NCBI GenBank assembly: GCA_043761585.1 | Contig: JAYUNN010000035.1 | Coordinates: 32,706-96,705, forward strand | Length of the DNA: 64,000 bases | Source: a bacterium | Lineage (GTDB): Bacteria; Patescibacteriota; JACMRA01; JAYUNN01 | Reading direction: 5' to 3' | Notes under the pieces: generated by a model | Database searches by the model: none | Told to the model about the DNA's origin: nothing | Seen by the model: the letters and a program-made list of their open reading frames with translations, nothing else | Shown: positions 9,421 to 18,739 of the stretch, one piece after another | Layout of the letters: each line of letters opens with the position of its first letter | Numbering within the stretch: position 1 is the stretch's first letter | Made by a program: the position numbers and the translations under genes

Positions 9421-9564
9421 TCAATATTTGGTTTTGCTGTAAATTTTTAAATTAGGTCAGTTTTTTTGTGCTAATTGCTCGCGACAAAATAATATACACA
9501 TAAAAAAATTCCCTATTAGGGGAAGGGGAATGTAAATATAGATTTAATTTTTGTAGTTGAGGTT

Positions 9565-9641
9565 TCTTAAAGGATGGTGCAATCGGCAGGAATCGGACCT
9601 GCGACCTTCTGGACCGCAACCAGACGCTCTAATCCACTGAG
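9565..9641 (-). tRNA. tRNA-Arg (anticodon GCG), CCA encoded
   Basis: Hand-folded cloverleaf GCAGTCG-TA-GCTC-AGTGGATTA-GAGC-G-TCTGG-TTGCGGT-CCAGA-AGGTC-GCAGG-TCCGATT-CCTGC-CGATTGC-ACCA, with U33, G37 and A20 present. Confidence 0.9.
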
Positions 9642-9683
9642 CTACGACTGCTAAGATTTATTTATTTTTGCCTTAAATATATA

Positions 9684-9760
9684 TGGTGGATTCGGTGGGA
9701 TTCGAACCCACGACCAGAGGATTAAAAGTCCTTTGCTCTACCGAGCTGAGCTACAAATCC
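9684..9760 (-). tRNA. tRNA-Lys (anticodon UUU), CCA encoded
   Basis: Hand-folded: acceptor GGATTTG/CGAATCC, anticodon loop CTTTTAA, T-arm GTGGG-TTCGAAT-CCCAC. There is one A:C mismatch at 27:43. Confidence 0.9.
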
Positions 9761-9787
9761 ATGATAATTTAAACTTTCAAGTTGTAA

Positions 9788-9912
9788 AATTTTTCTCTAA
9801 AACTAAAAAATACACTCGCTTAGAACAGTCTTAAAACTACAGCAAAATTTTAGATTTGTCAAGAAGATGGTTTCAAAGTCTTTTTTTAGAAAGAATTAAG
9901 GCTAAAACAAGT
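9788..9912 (-). repeat. intergenic element family X, reverse-oriented copy
   Basis: The plus-strand ctaaaaaatacactcgcttagaacag matches the reverse complement of the X 3' block (ccaaaaaatacctcgtttagagcag at 50700-50730). It lies just downstream of the minus-strand gene 9966..10574. Confidence 0.45.
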
Positions 9913-9965
9913 TTTGTTGCTTCTTAAAAAACTACAAATTTGAATTTAGCAATTTTTGTAAAAAC

Positions 9966-10574
9966 TTAAATTAATTCAGAAACTTTTTGATTATAAAGCT
10001 TGATAAATTCGGGATGAGACTGACTTAGTTTCGCAATCGAATCATCATTTAACTGCAAATATAAATTTACTTGATTTGATATCATGGCTTGAAATAGAGT
10101 TTGCTTGGTGGTGTTGTAGTAAAGCGTTTGCGAGTTTGCGATATCGCTGGCTACATCATGTATTTCATCTGCTGTGAAACGCACCAAATTTCTTTTAGGG
10201 GCAACCAATCCCAAACTGTCAGCCAAAAATGGACGGCATAAGATATAGATATTTTCCGTTTGAAAATCTTGCCAGATATGCTCCAAAATTCGATCCATAG
10301 TTCCAGGTTTGGTGGACACAAAACACCCAATATTTATGATTTCAACTCCATCAAGAAATATATTAAAATCTCGCTCTATCAAAACGGCTGCCACTAACAC
10401 ATTTTTAATCTCCTCAATCCAATATACAGAATCACCCTTTAGGGCAATTTTATTTATATATGATCGTTCGCGAATGGGAACTAAAGGGCTATATCGCACT
10501 ATGAGCTTGTGGAGCTGACTTACGATTGAGCTCCGATTGCGACTTATTCGATTTAGTAGGTTTTTTTGTGCCAC
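9966..10574 (-). CDS. hypothetical protein
   Basis: A 202-aa ORF with a GTG start and no confident motif. Confidence 0.5.
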   Translation of the reverse strand: MAQKNLLNRISRNRSSIVSQLHKLIVRYSPLVPIRERSYINKIALKGDSVYWIEEIKNVLVAAVLIERDFNIFLDGVEIINIGCFVSTKPGTMDRILEHIWQDFQTENIYILCRPFLADSLGLVAPKRNLVRFTADEIHDVASDIANSQTLYYNTTKQTLFQAMISNQVNLYLQLNDDSIAKLSQSHPEFIKLYNQKVSELI

Positions 10575-10761
10575 CTTAAAATGAAGAATTATTGGGTTTC
10601 AAATGAAATGACATTATTACATAATCCTTTTTTTGTCAATCTTTTGTAGCATCTTTTTTTGATAATTAAAAACCCTTGTTCCAAAGTCAGTTTATTTTCG
10701 CATTATTTTCACAAATTCTTTCTTAAAAACTAGGTTATGTAAAGAAAACCAAGACTCTGGA

Positions 10762-10790
10762 TTGCCAAAAAAAAAGCACTGTGTTATACT
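10762..10790 (+). promoter_or_regulatory. sigma70-like promoter upstream of the large surface protein gene
   Basis: TTGCCA, a 17-nt spacer, then TATACT. Confidence 0.4.
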
Positions 10791-10913
10791 CAGGATTACA
10801 GATATTTTTACTACAAATTTCTGCAAAATATAAACCCAGAAAATGGATGTAAAATCTGTCTATGGTTTTTTAAAAAACAAACATTTTATATCACAAAAAT
10901 ATAAACAAAACAT

Positions 10914-13900
10914 ATGCCAGAAAAATCTAAATTACCGAAGTTTAAATCTTTTCAATTTAATTCAAAATCTAAGCCTTTTTTTCAAAGAGTTTCAGTTATT
11001 ACCGCTTTTGTAATTACTTGTAATTTATTTGCTGGAATTGGTTTTTTTGTTAGCCAGGCCTCCAAAGCTCAAGTTTTGGGTGTGGTCAGTGGAAAAGATG
11101 GCTACAAACTAAGATATTCTAAAACCACCAATGGTGCTTTGACTTTTGCTGGAAATAGTCTATGTCTCTCAGATGCACAACCACAAGGCACCTGCGGAAC
11201 TTTTATTACCACAGACGAAAGTTCTAGTGACGCACCTTACAAGGCTGGAACTACAAGTGATTGGACTAAAAATTCTTCTACAGGACTTTTAAGAATCCCC
11301 ACTGGAAGCGAAATTTTATACGCAGAATTAATCTGGGGTGGCAGTTATAAATACAAAGATTTGGATTTGACTGACAAACTAGATACTCCAGTAAATTTAG
11401 TAACTCCAAAAGGTAGTTATAAAATTTCACCAGATGCTGCTACTAGCGCTCAAGTTTCGGAATCTAGCGCTTATGTCAGAACAGCTAACGTGACTGATAT
11501 TATTGGCACTGATGGATCTGGAATGTATACAGCTGGTAATATTCCTGCAACGATGGATCGCACAAATCCTTACAATAACTACGCTGGTTGGACATTAGCT
11601 ATTGCTTATCGAGACTTGAAACAACCACCACGTAATCTTAGCATCTTTGTCGGATCTGAGCAAGCCGGACCAGATCAACTCAGTAATGTGGCAGAGGTTA
11701 AAGGTTTTGCCACCCCAACTAACGGTAATATTTCAGGTCGATTGCTAGTTAGTGCTCAAGAAGGTGATCCATGTTATAGTGGTGATCAAATGCGTTTTGG
11801 CCAGACACAAACTGGGCTCACAGCACTTTCAGGTCCAAATAATCAAAAGGGTAACTTTTTTGCCGCTAAAATTAATGATGATAATGGTAAAATCGACACT
11901 TCTGGAAGTTTTGGAACCAGTAACCAACCAACCAGTAGCTGTAATAATGCCAAACGTCAAGGCTGGGATATTGCCAACGTAGATATTTCTTCACTTTTAA
12001 AAACGAATCAAACTAGTGCTTACGCTCAAGGCTACTCAACAGGTGATGTGTACATGATAAATGCGCTCGGTATGCAAATCGACGTCAATGCAGCTAAGCC
12101 AGAAATAGTACTCAAGGTCGACAAAGATGAAGCTAAAATCGGCGATGTTTTGACTTATACTATGAAAGTTACCAATACTGGTACTGCAAACAGTGACAAC
12201 ACAACCTTAAAAGGTTTGATTCCAGCTCAAACCAGTTTTGTGACTGATAGTCTAAGCGTGGCTGGAAAAACTGTCCCAGGATCTGATGCAAGCACCAATG
12301 TAGGCACTCTCAAGCCTGGTGAATCAATAGAGGTCACTTACCAAGTCAAAGTAACCGATGCTCCAACTACAGGTAAATTTGTAAATACAGCCGATCTAGA
12401 CTATGAATACACTATGGTACAAGGGGATCAGCCGATTAAAGATAGCACTAAAAGCAATGAAGTTATAACTAATTACAATCTTAAACCAAATCTTCCACCT
12501 GTCGCTAAAGATGATCAGAGCCAAACAGAACAAGCTAAAATGGTCACAATCGATGTTTTAAATAATGACAGCGACCAAGATGGAAACTTAGAGCCAAACA
12601 GCCTAAGTATCACAAAAAATCCCGCTAATGGCAACGCAATGATCACCGATGGCAAGATAAATTACACTCCAAAAGATGACTTTACTGGAATCGATACTTT
12701 TGAATATCAAATTTGTGACTCAAAACAGCTGTGCGATACTGCCAAAGTCAGTGTTACAGTTTCACCGAAACCAGATCAAATCGTAGCTCCAAGCGCGATC
12801 GATGATTCCACTTCAACTAGTTTAAATACTCCAGTTTCAATTGAGATTTTGAAAAATGATACCTTTAGTGGTCAAAACCCTAGCTCAGTCAAACTTAGTA
12901 CATTAACCTCACCCACAAGTGGCCAAGTTAGCTATGATCTGGACGGTAAAGCTAATTATATTCCAAATTCTGGATTTAGCGGCCAAGATGTTTTTGAGTA
13001 CAAACTCTGCGACAAGACCCTGGAATGTGCTACCGCTAAAGTCACAGTCACCATCAAACCAGCCGATGTCCCAGTTGACAACAAGCCAACCGAACCCACA
13101 ACTACAACAGCGGTCACAACTGTCGAAGCGCTTCCAAACACTGCTAAAACCCAAGTCAACAAACCAGTTATAGTTCCTGTTTTGGAGAATGATAAAACAA
13201 ACTCTACTCTGGATAAAACCAGTCTTAAAATCAAAACCTCACCTACAAATGGCGTCGCCACAACTAATCCAGACGGCACCCTAAGCTACACCCCCAAAAA
13301 TGACTATAGTGGTAAAGACTCTCTAGTTTATGAGATTTGCAACACTGAAAAGATTTGCAGCCAAAGTACAGTCGATGTCTCGATTGATGCTGGAACTGTG
13401 ATTGCACTACCAGTGATACTAAAACCAGTTGCGGCAGATGATGCAGCTCAAACCACTCCTGGAAACCCTGTGTTGATTTCAGTTTTGAAAAATGACTCAG
13501 CTCCCGACGATGTTTTGGATCCAGCTACTTTGAAAATTACCCAAAACCCTAGTGTTGGTAATGTAATTGTTGATCAAAAAGCAGGCAGCTTAAATTATAT
13601 TCCAAATCCAAACTTTAAAGACGGTGATAGTTTTAAATATCAAATCTGCAACTCAAAAGGTGCGTGTAGTACAGCTACAGTGTCTATCACTAGCAAAACT
13701 ATCAAGCCAGCCCCAAGCACCGCTCAAACTACAACTGGCGGCACTACAGTTACTCTACCATCTACCGATAAACCGGCTGCTGCAGTCACAACTTCAACTT
13801 CAACCAAAACCCCTGAAAGCAGTTCACTTGATCTAGCGGCCCCAGCTCAAACCCAAACAAACCCAACTCAAATCGATGCTGAACCAGCTCCTAAGCCTGC

Positions 13901-14129
13901 AAAAAATGTAGCTGGTATCGCTGACAAACAAAGTGAAATTGCACCACTTAAAAAGCCTGGTCAAGTCTTGGGTGTCTCAGAAATGGGTCAGCAATTAGTT
14001 CGAACTGGTGGTGAGTTTGGTATAAACATAATTCTACCATTAAACTTAGGTTTAATTGCCATTATTTTTGCACTAAATAAATATACCCAAAATCAAGAAA
14101 TTCGCAAAAACAGCACAGGTATCAACTAG
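10914..14129 (+). CDS. large secreted surface protein: N-terminal domain, DUF11-type repeat, four Cys-pair Ig/cadherin-like repeats, Thr/Pro-rich stalk, C-terminal LVRTG-TM-basic tail
   Basis: N-terminal TM/signal; the DUF11-like segment VDKDEAKIGDVLTYTMKVTNTGTA...GESIEVTYQVKV; four repeats of the pattern DD..T....PV.I.VL.ND.....L......I...P..G......G...Y.P...F.G.D.F.Y.IC.....C..A.V.V.; and the ending LVRTGGEFG plus a hydrophobic helix plus KYTQNQEIRKN. Confidence 0.85.
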   Translation: MPEKSKLPKFKSFQFNSKSKPFFQRVSVITAFVITCNLFAGIGFFVSQASKAQVLGVVSGKDGYKLRYSKTTNGALTFAGNSLCLSDAQPQGTCGTFITTDESSSDAPYKAGTTSDWTKNSSTGLLRIPTGSEILYAELIWGGSYKYKDLDLTDKLDTPVNLVTPKGSYKISPDAATSAQVSESSAYVRTANVTDIIGTDGSGMYTAGNIPATMDRTNPYNNYAGWTLAIAYRDLKQPPRNLSIFVGSEQAGPDQLSNVAEVKGFATPTNGNISGRLLVSAQEGDPCYSGDQMRFGQTQTGLTALSGPNNQKGNFFAAKINDDNGKIDTSGSFGTSNQPTSSCNNAKRQGWDIANVDISSLLKTNQTSAYAQGYSTGDVYMINALGMQIDVNAAKPEIVLKVDKDEAKIGDVLTYTMKVTNTGTANSDNTTLKGLIPAQTSFVTDSLSVAGKTVPGSDASTNVGTLKPGESIEVTYQVKVTDAPTTGKFVNTADLDYEYTMVQGDQPIKDSTKSNEVITNYNLKPNLPPVAKDDQSQTEQAKMVTIDVLNNDSDQDGNLEPNSLSITKNPANGNAMITDGKINYTPKDDFTGIDTFEYQICDSKQLCDTAKVSVTVSPKPDQIVAPSAIDDSTSTSLNTPVSIEILKNDTFSGQNPSSVKLSTLTSPTSGQVSYDLDGKANYIPNSGFSGQDVFEYKLCDKTLECATAKVTVTIKPADVPVDNKPTEPTTTTAVTTVEALPNTAKTQVNKPVIVPVLENDKTNSTLDKTSLKIKTSPTNGVATTNPDGTLSYTPKNDYSGKDSLVYEICNTEKICSQSTVDVSIDAGTVIALPVILKPVAADDAAQTTPGNPVLISVLKNDSAPDDVLDPATLKITQNPSVGNVIVDQKAGSLNYIPNPNFKDGDSFKYQICNSKGACSTATVSITSKTIKPAPSTAQTTTGGTTVTLPSTDKPAAAVTTSTSTKTPESSSLDLAAPAQTQTNPTQIDAEPAPKPAKNVAGIADKQSEIAPLKKPGQVLGVSEMGQQLVRTGGEFGINIILPLNLGLIAIIFALNKYTQNQEIRKNSTGIN
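12494..13695 (+). repeat. four tandem ~90-aa Ig/cadherin-like coding repeats inside the surface protein
   Basis: Protein-level periodicity is visible in the translation (VLNNDSD / ILKNDTF / VLENDKT / VLKNDSA), and each unit has two conserved Cys. Confidence 0.65.
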
Positions 14130-14395
14130 AAAATTCGCAAAAAACATATCATAGATGATATAAATGCCTATTTTGACATGAGTAGTGAATTAGTGTAAGC
14201 TTGTATTACATTTGATATTATCAAAAATAAAAACCAAAATAAAAACTAACAATACAACTGCCAAATTGCATTTATCTTGGATATATTTAAAGCTCAAATT
14301 GAAGTCTAGCATTTTCCCGATGAGGAATAAATTTGATATTTTAAATAAATTTTAAGCAAAGTCGATTTGGCGGTTTTTATCATACAAAAACAAAT

Positions 14396-15160
14396 ATGAT
14401 CGGTGAATACAAACGCTTTACGGGTAGAAAACTGCATTTATTGGGCATAGTATCTGTGTTCCTAGTCTTTGCCATGTTCGCAGGCATTTTCATTTTTGCC
14501 TTCAAGCAGGATGTGACCAAAACTGCATTTGCAGGAAATTATACTGCCAGTGATGTTATAGAAATGGTAAATCAACAGCGCGTCAAAAATAATTTACCAG
14601 CTCTGAAAACTAATCCCAAATTAATGGAGGCCTCGCGTAATAAAGTTGAAGATATGGTAGCCAATAGCTACTTTGCCCACATTAGTCCAATTGACGGCAA
14701 AAAATGGTCGACTTTTATCAGAAATTCTGGTTATGACTATATCGAAGCAGGTGAAAACTTGGCTAATGGCTTTGATAATACACCAGATTTAGTAAACGCC
14801 TGGATGAATTCGCCCACCCACCGGGACAATATTCTAAACCCAAATGTCGATGAGACTGGATTAGCCGTTAAGTCAGGCTATCTAGATGGTTATCCCACTA
14901 TTTTTGTAGCTCAAAGCTTTGGAAAGTTAGACGTACCTGCTCTCACTAGTGAGAAAAACACATCTTCAAAATCGAATACGACTCCAGCTAAAAATGTAGC
15001 TCCAGAAACACAAAAAACAAGTGAAAAAAAGACTGAAGCAAAGAAAGTTGAAATTCCAGTCAAGTCAGTTCCACTAAAAATAGATAAGGCAAAAAAAGTG
15101 GGGGAGGGTCTAAATTGGGAAGATCAAGTTAAGTTTCAAAATCAAGATTTATTCAAATAA
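14396..15160 (+). CDS. membrane-anchored CAP/SCP (YkwD-like) domain protein
   Basis: Contains NQQRVKNNLPAL, YFAHISP, GENLANGF and WMNSPTHRDNIL, which are characteristic of the CAP superfamily. Confidence 0.8.
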   Translation: MIGEYKRFTGRKLHLLGIVSVFLVFAMFAGIFIFAFKQDVTKTAFAGNYTASDVIEMVNQQRVKNNLPALKTNPKLMEASRNKVEDMVANSYFAHISPIDGKKWSTFIRNSGYDYIEAGENLANGFDNTPDLVNAWMNSPTHRDNILNPNVDETGLAVKSGYLDGYPTIFVAQSFGKLDVPALTSEKNTSSKSNTTPAKNVAPETQKTSEKKTEAKKVEIPVKSVPLKIDKAKKVGEGLNWEDQVKFQNQDLFK

Positions 15161-15399
15161 AATTTATTTAGATAAATCGCGATATTTTTAGATAATTTCT
15201 ATGAAAACTGCAGACTAAATATCAATTTTTATATTGTTTTTAGCTGTTTTTTTTAAAACCCAAAAATCAAACTTTAAAAATAAACTCTCTTGCATGTAAT
15301 TTTGGGATGTTTTTACAGAATAAATTCTCTCTTGTCACAAAGTTTGCTACAAACAAGAGTAAAAATTAATTTTTTGGTACTTAGCTATTTTTTACAATG

Positions 15400-15595
15400 A
15401 AATACTCATCTCAAAATATGATTGTTTTGTGTTTTCGATTCTGCCTTAGTATTAGACTCATTCTTTTTACACAATCTCGCTTTGCAAGGAATAAAGCAAC
15501 ACTTTCCTTATTTTTTCAAAGTCCAAATATGCTCTTTCCTATTAATCCGACCCAAGCAAGGTATTTTTTAGGGTAAAGTTTAGATGAGGGGACAC
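15400..15595 (+). repeat. intergenic element family X, copy
   Basis: Blocks ctgccttagtattagactcattc, ctcgctttgcaagg, attttttcaaagtccaaatatgc and caagcaaggtattttttaggg. Terminal pairing is ctcatct (15405-15411) with agatgag (15582-15588). Confidence 0.6.
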
Positions 15596-15753
15596 GTTTA
15601 ATACTTTAATACTTAGTTTAGTTACTAAGATTTTAATAAAAATTAGGTGATTAGATCAAAAAAATACTTATATACCAGACCCATACCAAAACCTAGGCAT
15701 TCACTATCAACAGATTGTATTTATAGCTCAAATAGCTAATTAAGAAATCACTT

Positions 15754-17259
15754 TTATTCTTGCACCATGCTAATTTTTGCACCTAGGCTATTTAGCCGTT
15801 CGGCGATTTGCTCATAGCCTCGATTGATTGAGTACACGTTGCGTAGCACTGACACACCGCTGGCTCCAAGCATGGCAATCAAAATGATAGTAGCTGGCCT
15901 AAGGGCAGGCGGACAGACCACTTGAGCTGCAGAGAAATGTGTGCCACCTTCAATATAAACTCGATGAGGATCAGCCAAAATCATGGATGCACCTAGTCTA
16001 GTTAGTTCCATAAAATAAATTGCCCGAGTCTCGTAGCTCCAGTCGTGAACCAGGGTCGTACCATCTGCTAGCGCCGCAATCGGCACGAAAAATGGTAGAT
16101 TATCCATGTTGATACCTGGGTATGGATTGCTGCAAATTTTATCAGGCAGAGCTTTGAGTTTGGATGGTTTAGTAGTGATGTCGACTAATTTGGTCATGCC
16201 ATTTTTAGAGATATAGGGCTTAGTTTTGGTGTATTTAAAACCCATTTTTTCTAGTTTTAAAAGCTCTAATGATAAAAAATCAATCGGGCAGCGGGTGATA
16301 GTTATACTACTTTGAGTGACTATAGCCGCCGTTAAAAACATCATGGTCTCAGTAGGATCTTCGCTATTGTAGTACTCCACATCCTGATCAATATTTTCTA
16401 CGCCATAGACAGTCATAGTCGAGGTACCGATACCGTCAACCCGCACACCTAACTTGATCAAAAAATTGGCGACCTCTTGAACCATGTAGTTAGCTGACGC
16501 AAATTTTATGGTAGTTTTCCCAGGTATTTTAGCTGCAGCTAGCAAAATATTTTCGCAAGCCGTGTCTCCAGCTTCGTACATAATTACTTCTGCGGCTTTA
16601 AGTTCACCAACTTTTATATCATAGGTGGTATTTGTGGTCTTGATTTTGACACCTAGGCTTTCTAGGCCGTACTGATGCGCAGTAATGCTGCGAGTACCCA
16701 GTTTGCAGCCTTGAGAGTTGGGAATTGAAAAATTTTTAAATAAATGAATTATTGGTCCGATAAACATTAAAATAGTCCTAGTTTTTCGGGCTGAATCAGC
16801 ATTTATACCACCCAGATTTAGCTCTTTGGGCGGAGTGATTTCTAAGCTTTTAAGATCTACCCATTTTGTCACCACACCGATACTTTCCATAACCTCTAAA
16901 ATACGATTAACCTCTTCAATTCTTGGAATTCCGTGCAGAGTAGTTTTACCCTTATTTAGCAAGCTTGCACAGAGCAAACCCATGGCACCATTTTTGGAAG
17001 TATTGGTTTCGATCGTGCCGCTGAGTTGGTGACCACCTTCAATTTTAAAGTCCATCGAACTTTTAATAGTAATAAATTTACGATTTAAAGCTTGGCTTAT
17101 TTTAGTTAGCATTTCAGTGGAAAAATTTTGCTCACCTTTCTCCATTCTAGCTATAGCACTTTGACTGGTACCTAAAAGCTCTGCAAAATCAGCCTGAGTC
17201 AACTCTTTTTGCTCGCGTAGATCTTTGACAAAAGTAGCGATCTTACCCTGTAATGACAT
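15754..17259 (-). CDS. murA: UDP-N-acetylglucosamine 1-carboxyvinyltransferase (MurA) with an N-terminal XRE-type HTH domain
   Basis: Residues 1-65 are LREQKELTQADFAELLGTSQSAIARMEKGEQNFSTEMLTKISQAL (HTH_3 pattern). The remainder matches MurA: SGTIETNTSKNGAMGLLCASLL, and the catalytic Cys context QGCKLGTRSI. Confidence 0.85.
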   Translation of the reverse strand: MSLQGKIATFVKDLREQKELTQADFAELLGTSQSAIARMEKGEQNFSTEMLTKISQALNRKFITIKSSMDFKIEGGHQLSGTIETNTSKNGAMGLLCASLLNKGKTTLHGIPRIEEVNRILEVMESIGVVTKWVDLKSLEITPPKELNLGGINADSARKTRTILMFIGPIIHLFKNFSIPNSQGCKLGTRSITAHQYGLESLGVKIKTTNTTYDIKVGELKAAEVIMYEAGDTACENILLAAAKIPGKTTIKFASANYMVQEVANFLIKLGVRVDGIGTSTMTVYGVENIDQDVEYYNSEDPTETMMFLTAAIVTQSSITITRCPIDFLSLELLKLEKMGFKYTKTKPYISKNGMTKLVDITTKPSKLKALPDKICSNPYPGINMDNLPFFVPIAALADGTTLVHDWSYETRAIYFMELTRLGASMILADPHRVYIEGGTHFSAAQVVCPPALRPATIILIAMLGASGVSVLRNVYSINRGYEQIAERLNSLGAKISMVQE

Positions 17260-17296
17260 AAAATAATAATAAGTTTTTTAAAAATACAATATTATG

Positions 17297-17318
17297 AATA
17301 TATCATATATGATATATT
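17297..17318. promoter_or_regulatory. perfect 22-bp palindrome (candidate operator) in the murA promoter
   Basis: AATATATCATATATGATATATT is its own reverse complement. It abuts the minus-strand -35 box TTGACA (plus strand tgtcaa, 17318-17323), about 40-60 nt upstream of the murA ATG. Confidence 0.5.
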
Positions 17319-17391
17319 GTCAAGACTTTTGGTACACGCACTTAGCTTTACAAATCTGATCAAGAAAATTATGTTTGAAGTATTGTAGCTT

Positions 17392-17733
17392 ATGAATAAA
17401 TACGCCGTTTTTTCCTCAATTCAAGACTTAATTGATCTGCATAATCTCAATGGAGCTGGTAAAAGTATCGATCAATCAGATGTTTGGAATGCTATCGAGA
17501 GTTTTTTAGTCAAGGCTCGTCACAAACATGCCCAGAAATTAAAAAAGGGTTTTGTCGTAAATTTAGGGATTATAGTCGGTAAAGGCGTGAGGTCTAAAAA
17601 CTGGATAAACGGTAAAAACCCACTACGGTACTACGCCGAAGAATATCTAGATCACTGCGGACATAGTTGGCGAAACGGCCGAATTGGTGAGGGTGAAGAG
17701 GGGGTTATCGTTGTGGAATTTGGTTTAAATTAG
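17392..17733 (+). CDS. small Smr-like domain protein
   Basis: IDLHNLNGAG...NLGIIVGKGVRSKN...YYAEEYL resembles the Smr pattern DLHG...IIHGKGxHS. The match is weak. Confidence 0.4.
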   Translation: MNKYAVFSSIQDLIDLHNLNGAGKSIDQSDVWNAIESFLVKARHKHAQKLKKGFVVNLGIIVGKGVRSKNWINGKNPLRYYAEEYLDHCGHSWRNGRIGEGEEGVIVVEFGLN

Positions 17734-18739
17734 GCATTTGAGATGAGCCACCAAGACTTTGGTTTGGCATTGTTTGAGGCTGAGTGTAGGAGTTTTGAGT
17801 TGGAGCGACCGAGTTTGTAGCTTGATTTTGGGCTTGCAAATCTAAAATGCAGTATAGCATAGCTCTATCACTAGGATTTTGAATATTAAGTGGTTTATTT
17901 AAAACTGGTTCTTGACCATTGCAAGAAGCTGGTAAAGTTTTAGCTGCACTTTGTGTCGGGTTTACTTGAGGTGCGGGAGCCATGTCGGTACTTAAGTTTT
18001 GAGCGTTAGCGGCCACGGCATTGTTTGGGGCTACAAAAGCTGGAGCATCTGATTCAGGAGTAGGTGTGGCGTTGATTAGGTTTTGACTAGATGCTAGTTG
18101 AGGAGCTACGGCTGCTTTAGAAGCTGGTTGCCCAGTTACTGATTGAGTAGCTAAAGTAGTGGCTTGGTTTTGAGCTAGCATATTTTGATCGACTGATTTA
18201 TTTTGAGACTTTTGTGAAGCTGTTAAGCTAGAATAGGCACGATCCGCGACACTTGCAACTTTACTATCAAGACCATAATAACCAGCTGCGCCACCAATGA
18301 TGAAAAATCCAGAAAGCAATAAAATCATTCCAAATGCAAAATTTGCAAACGAGTTTTGGGGTTTTGAGGTAGACTGCTGTTCAGGTTCTGAAAAACCTAA
18401 TTTTTGGAGCTGATTTTGCACTTCTAGCTGGACCATTTCCGCCATGTCATTGCCTTTTAGTGATGAGTTTTCAGATTTATCATATTCAAATTCGCTCTTT
18501 TTTTGATTATAACCATCTAAATTTTGTTTTGCATTCGAGGTTACCCGATTTAACTTATCAGCTAGCATCATACCATCGATATATGCTTCTTGCAGCCATC
18601 GTTTACTCATAGATTTGATAGACTGTGTCAGATCAAGATCGCTACTTGTTTCACGATCAGCCAGACGGCTATATAAATCATCTAATAAATCGCTATTTTG
18701 ATCATTATGTTGTTTGTTTTGGTAGTTGCGGTAAGACAT
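17705..18739 (-). CDS. hypothetical single-pass membrane protein with a Q/N/S/A-rich low-complexity ectodomain
   Basis: A 344-aa ORF with a central TM (FAFGMILLLSGFFIIGGAAGYYG) and a low-complexity C-terminal half. Confidence 0.5.
   Translation of the reverse strand: MSYRNYQNKQHNDQNSDLLDDLYSRLADRETSSDLDLTQSIKSMSKRWLQEAYIDGMMLADKLNRVTSNAKQNLDGYNQKKSEFEYDKSENSSLKGNDMAEMVQLEVQNQLQKLGFSEPEQQSTSKPQNSFANFAFGMILLLSGFFIIGGAAGYYGLDSKVASVADRAYSSLTASQKSQNKSVDQNMLAQNQATTLATQSVTGQPASKAAVAPQLASSQNLINATPTPESDAPAFVAPNNAVAANAQNLSTDMAPAPQVNPTQSAAKTLPASCNGQEPVLNKPLNIQNPSDRAMLYCILDLQAQNQATNSVAPTQNSYTQPQTMPNQSLGGSSQMPNLNQIPQR

Noticed and set aside
12909-13279. Antisense and alternative-frame ORFs inside the surface protein gene (12909-13154, 12919-13173, 12956-13279, 11752-11982, 13624-13836).
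   Set aside because: They lie within a long, well-supported repeat-containing CDS and are typical shadow ORFs of Thr/Ala/Val-rich coding sequence.
14098-14145. Direct repeat aaattcgcaaaaa on either side of the surface-protein stop codon.
   Set aside because: It is only ~13 bp in A-rich sequence, so chance is the most likely explanation. It is mentioned only because the operator-like site follows it.
15640-15753. A possible reverse-oriented X copy downstream of murA, tail-to-tail with the 15400 copy.
   Set aside because: Only the caaaaaaatac...ttat block matches convincingly, and the rest aligns poorly. It is kept as a remark in the family-X finding rather than called as a feature.
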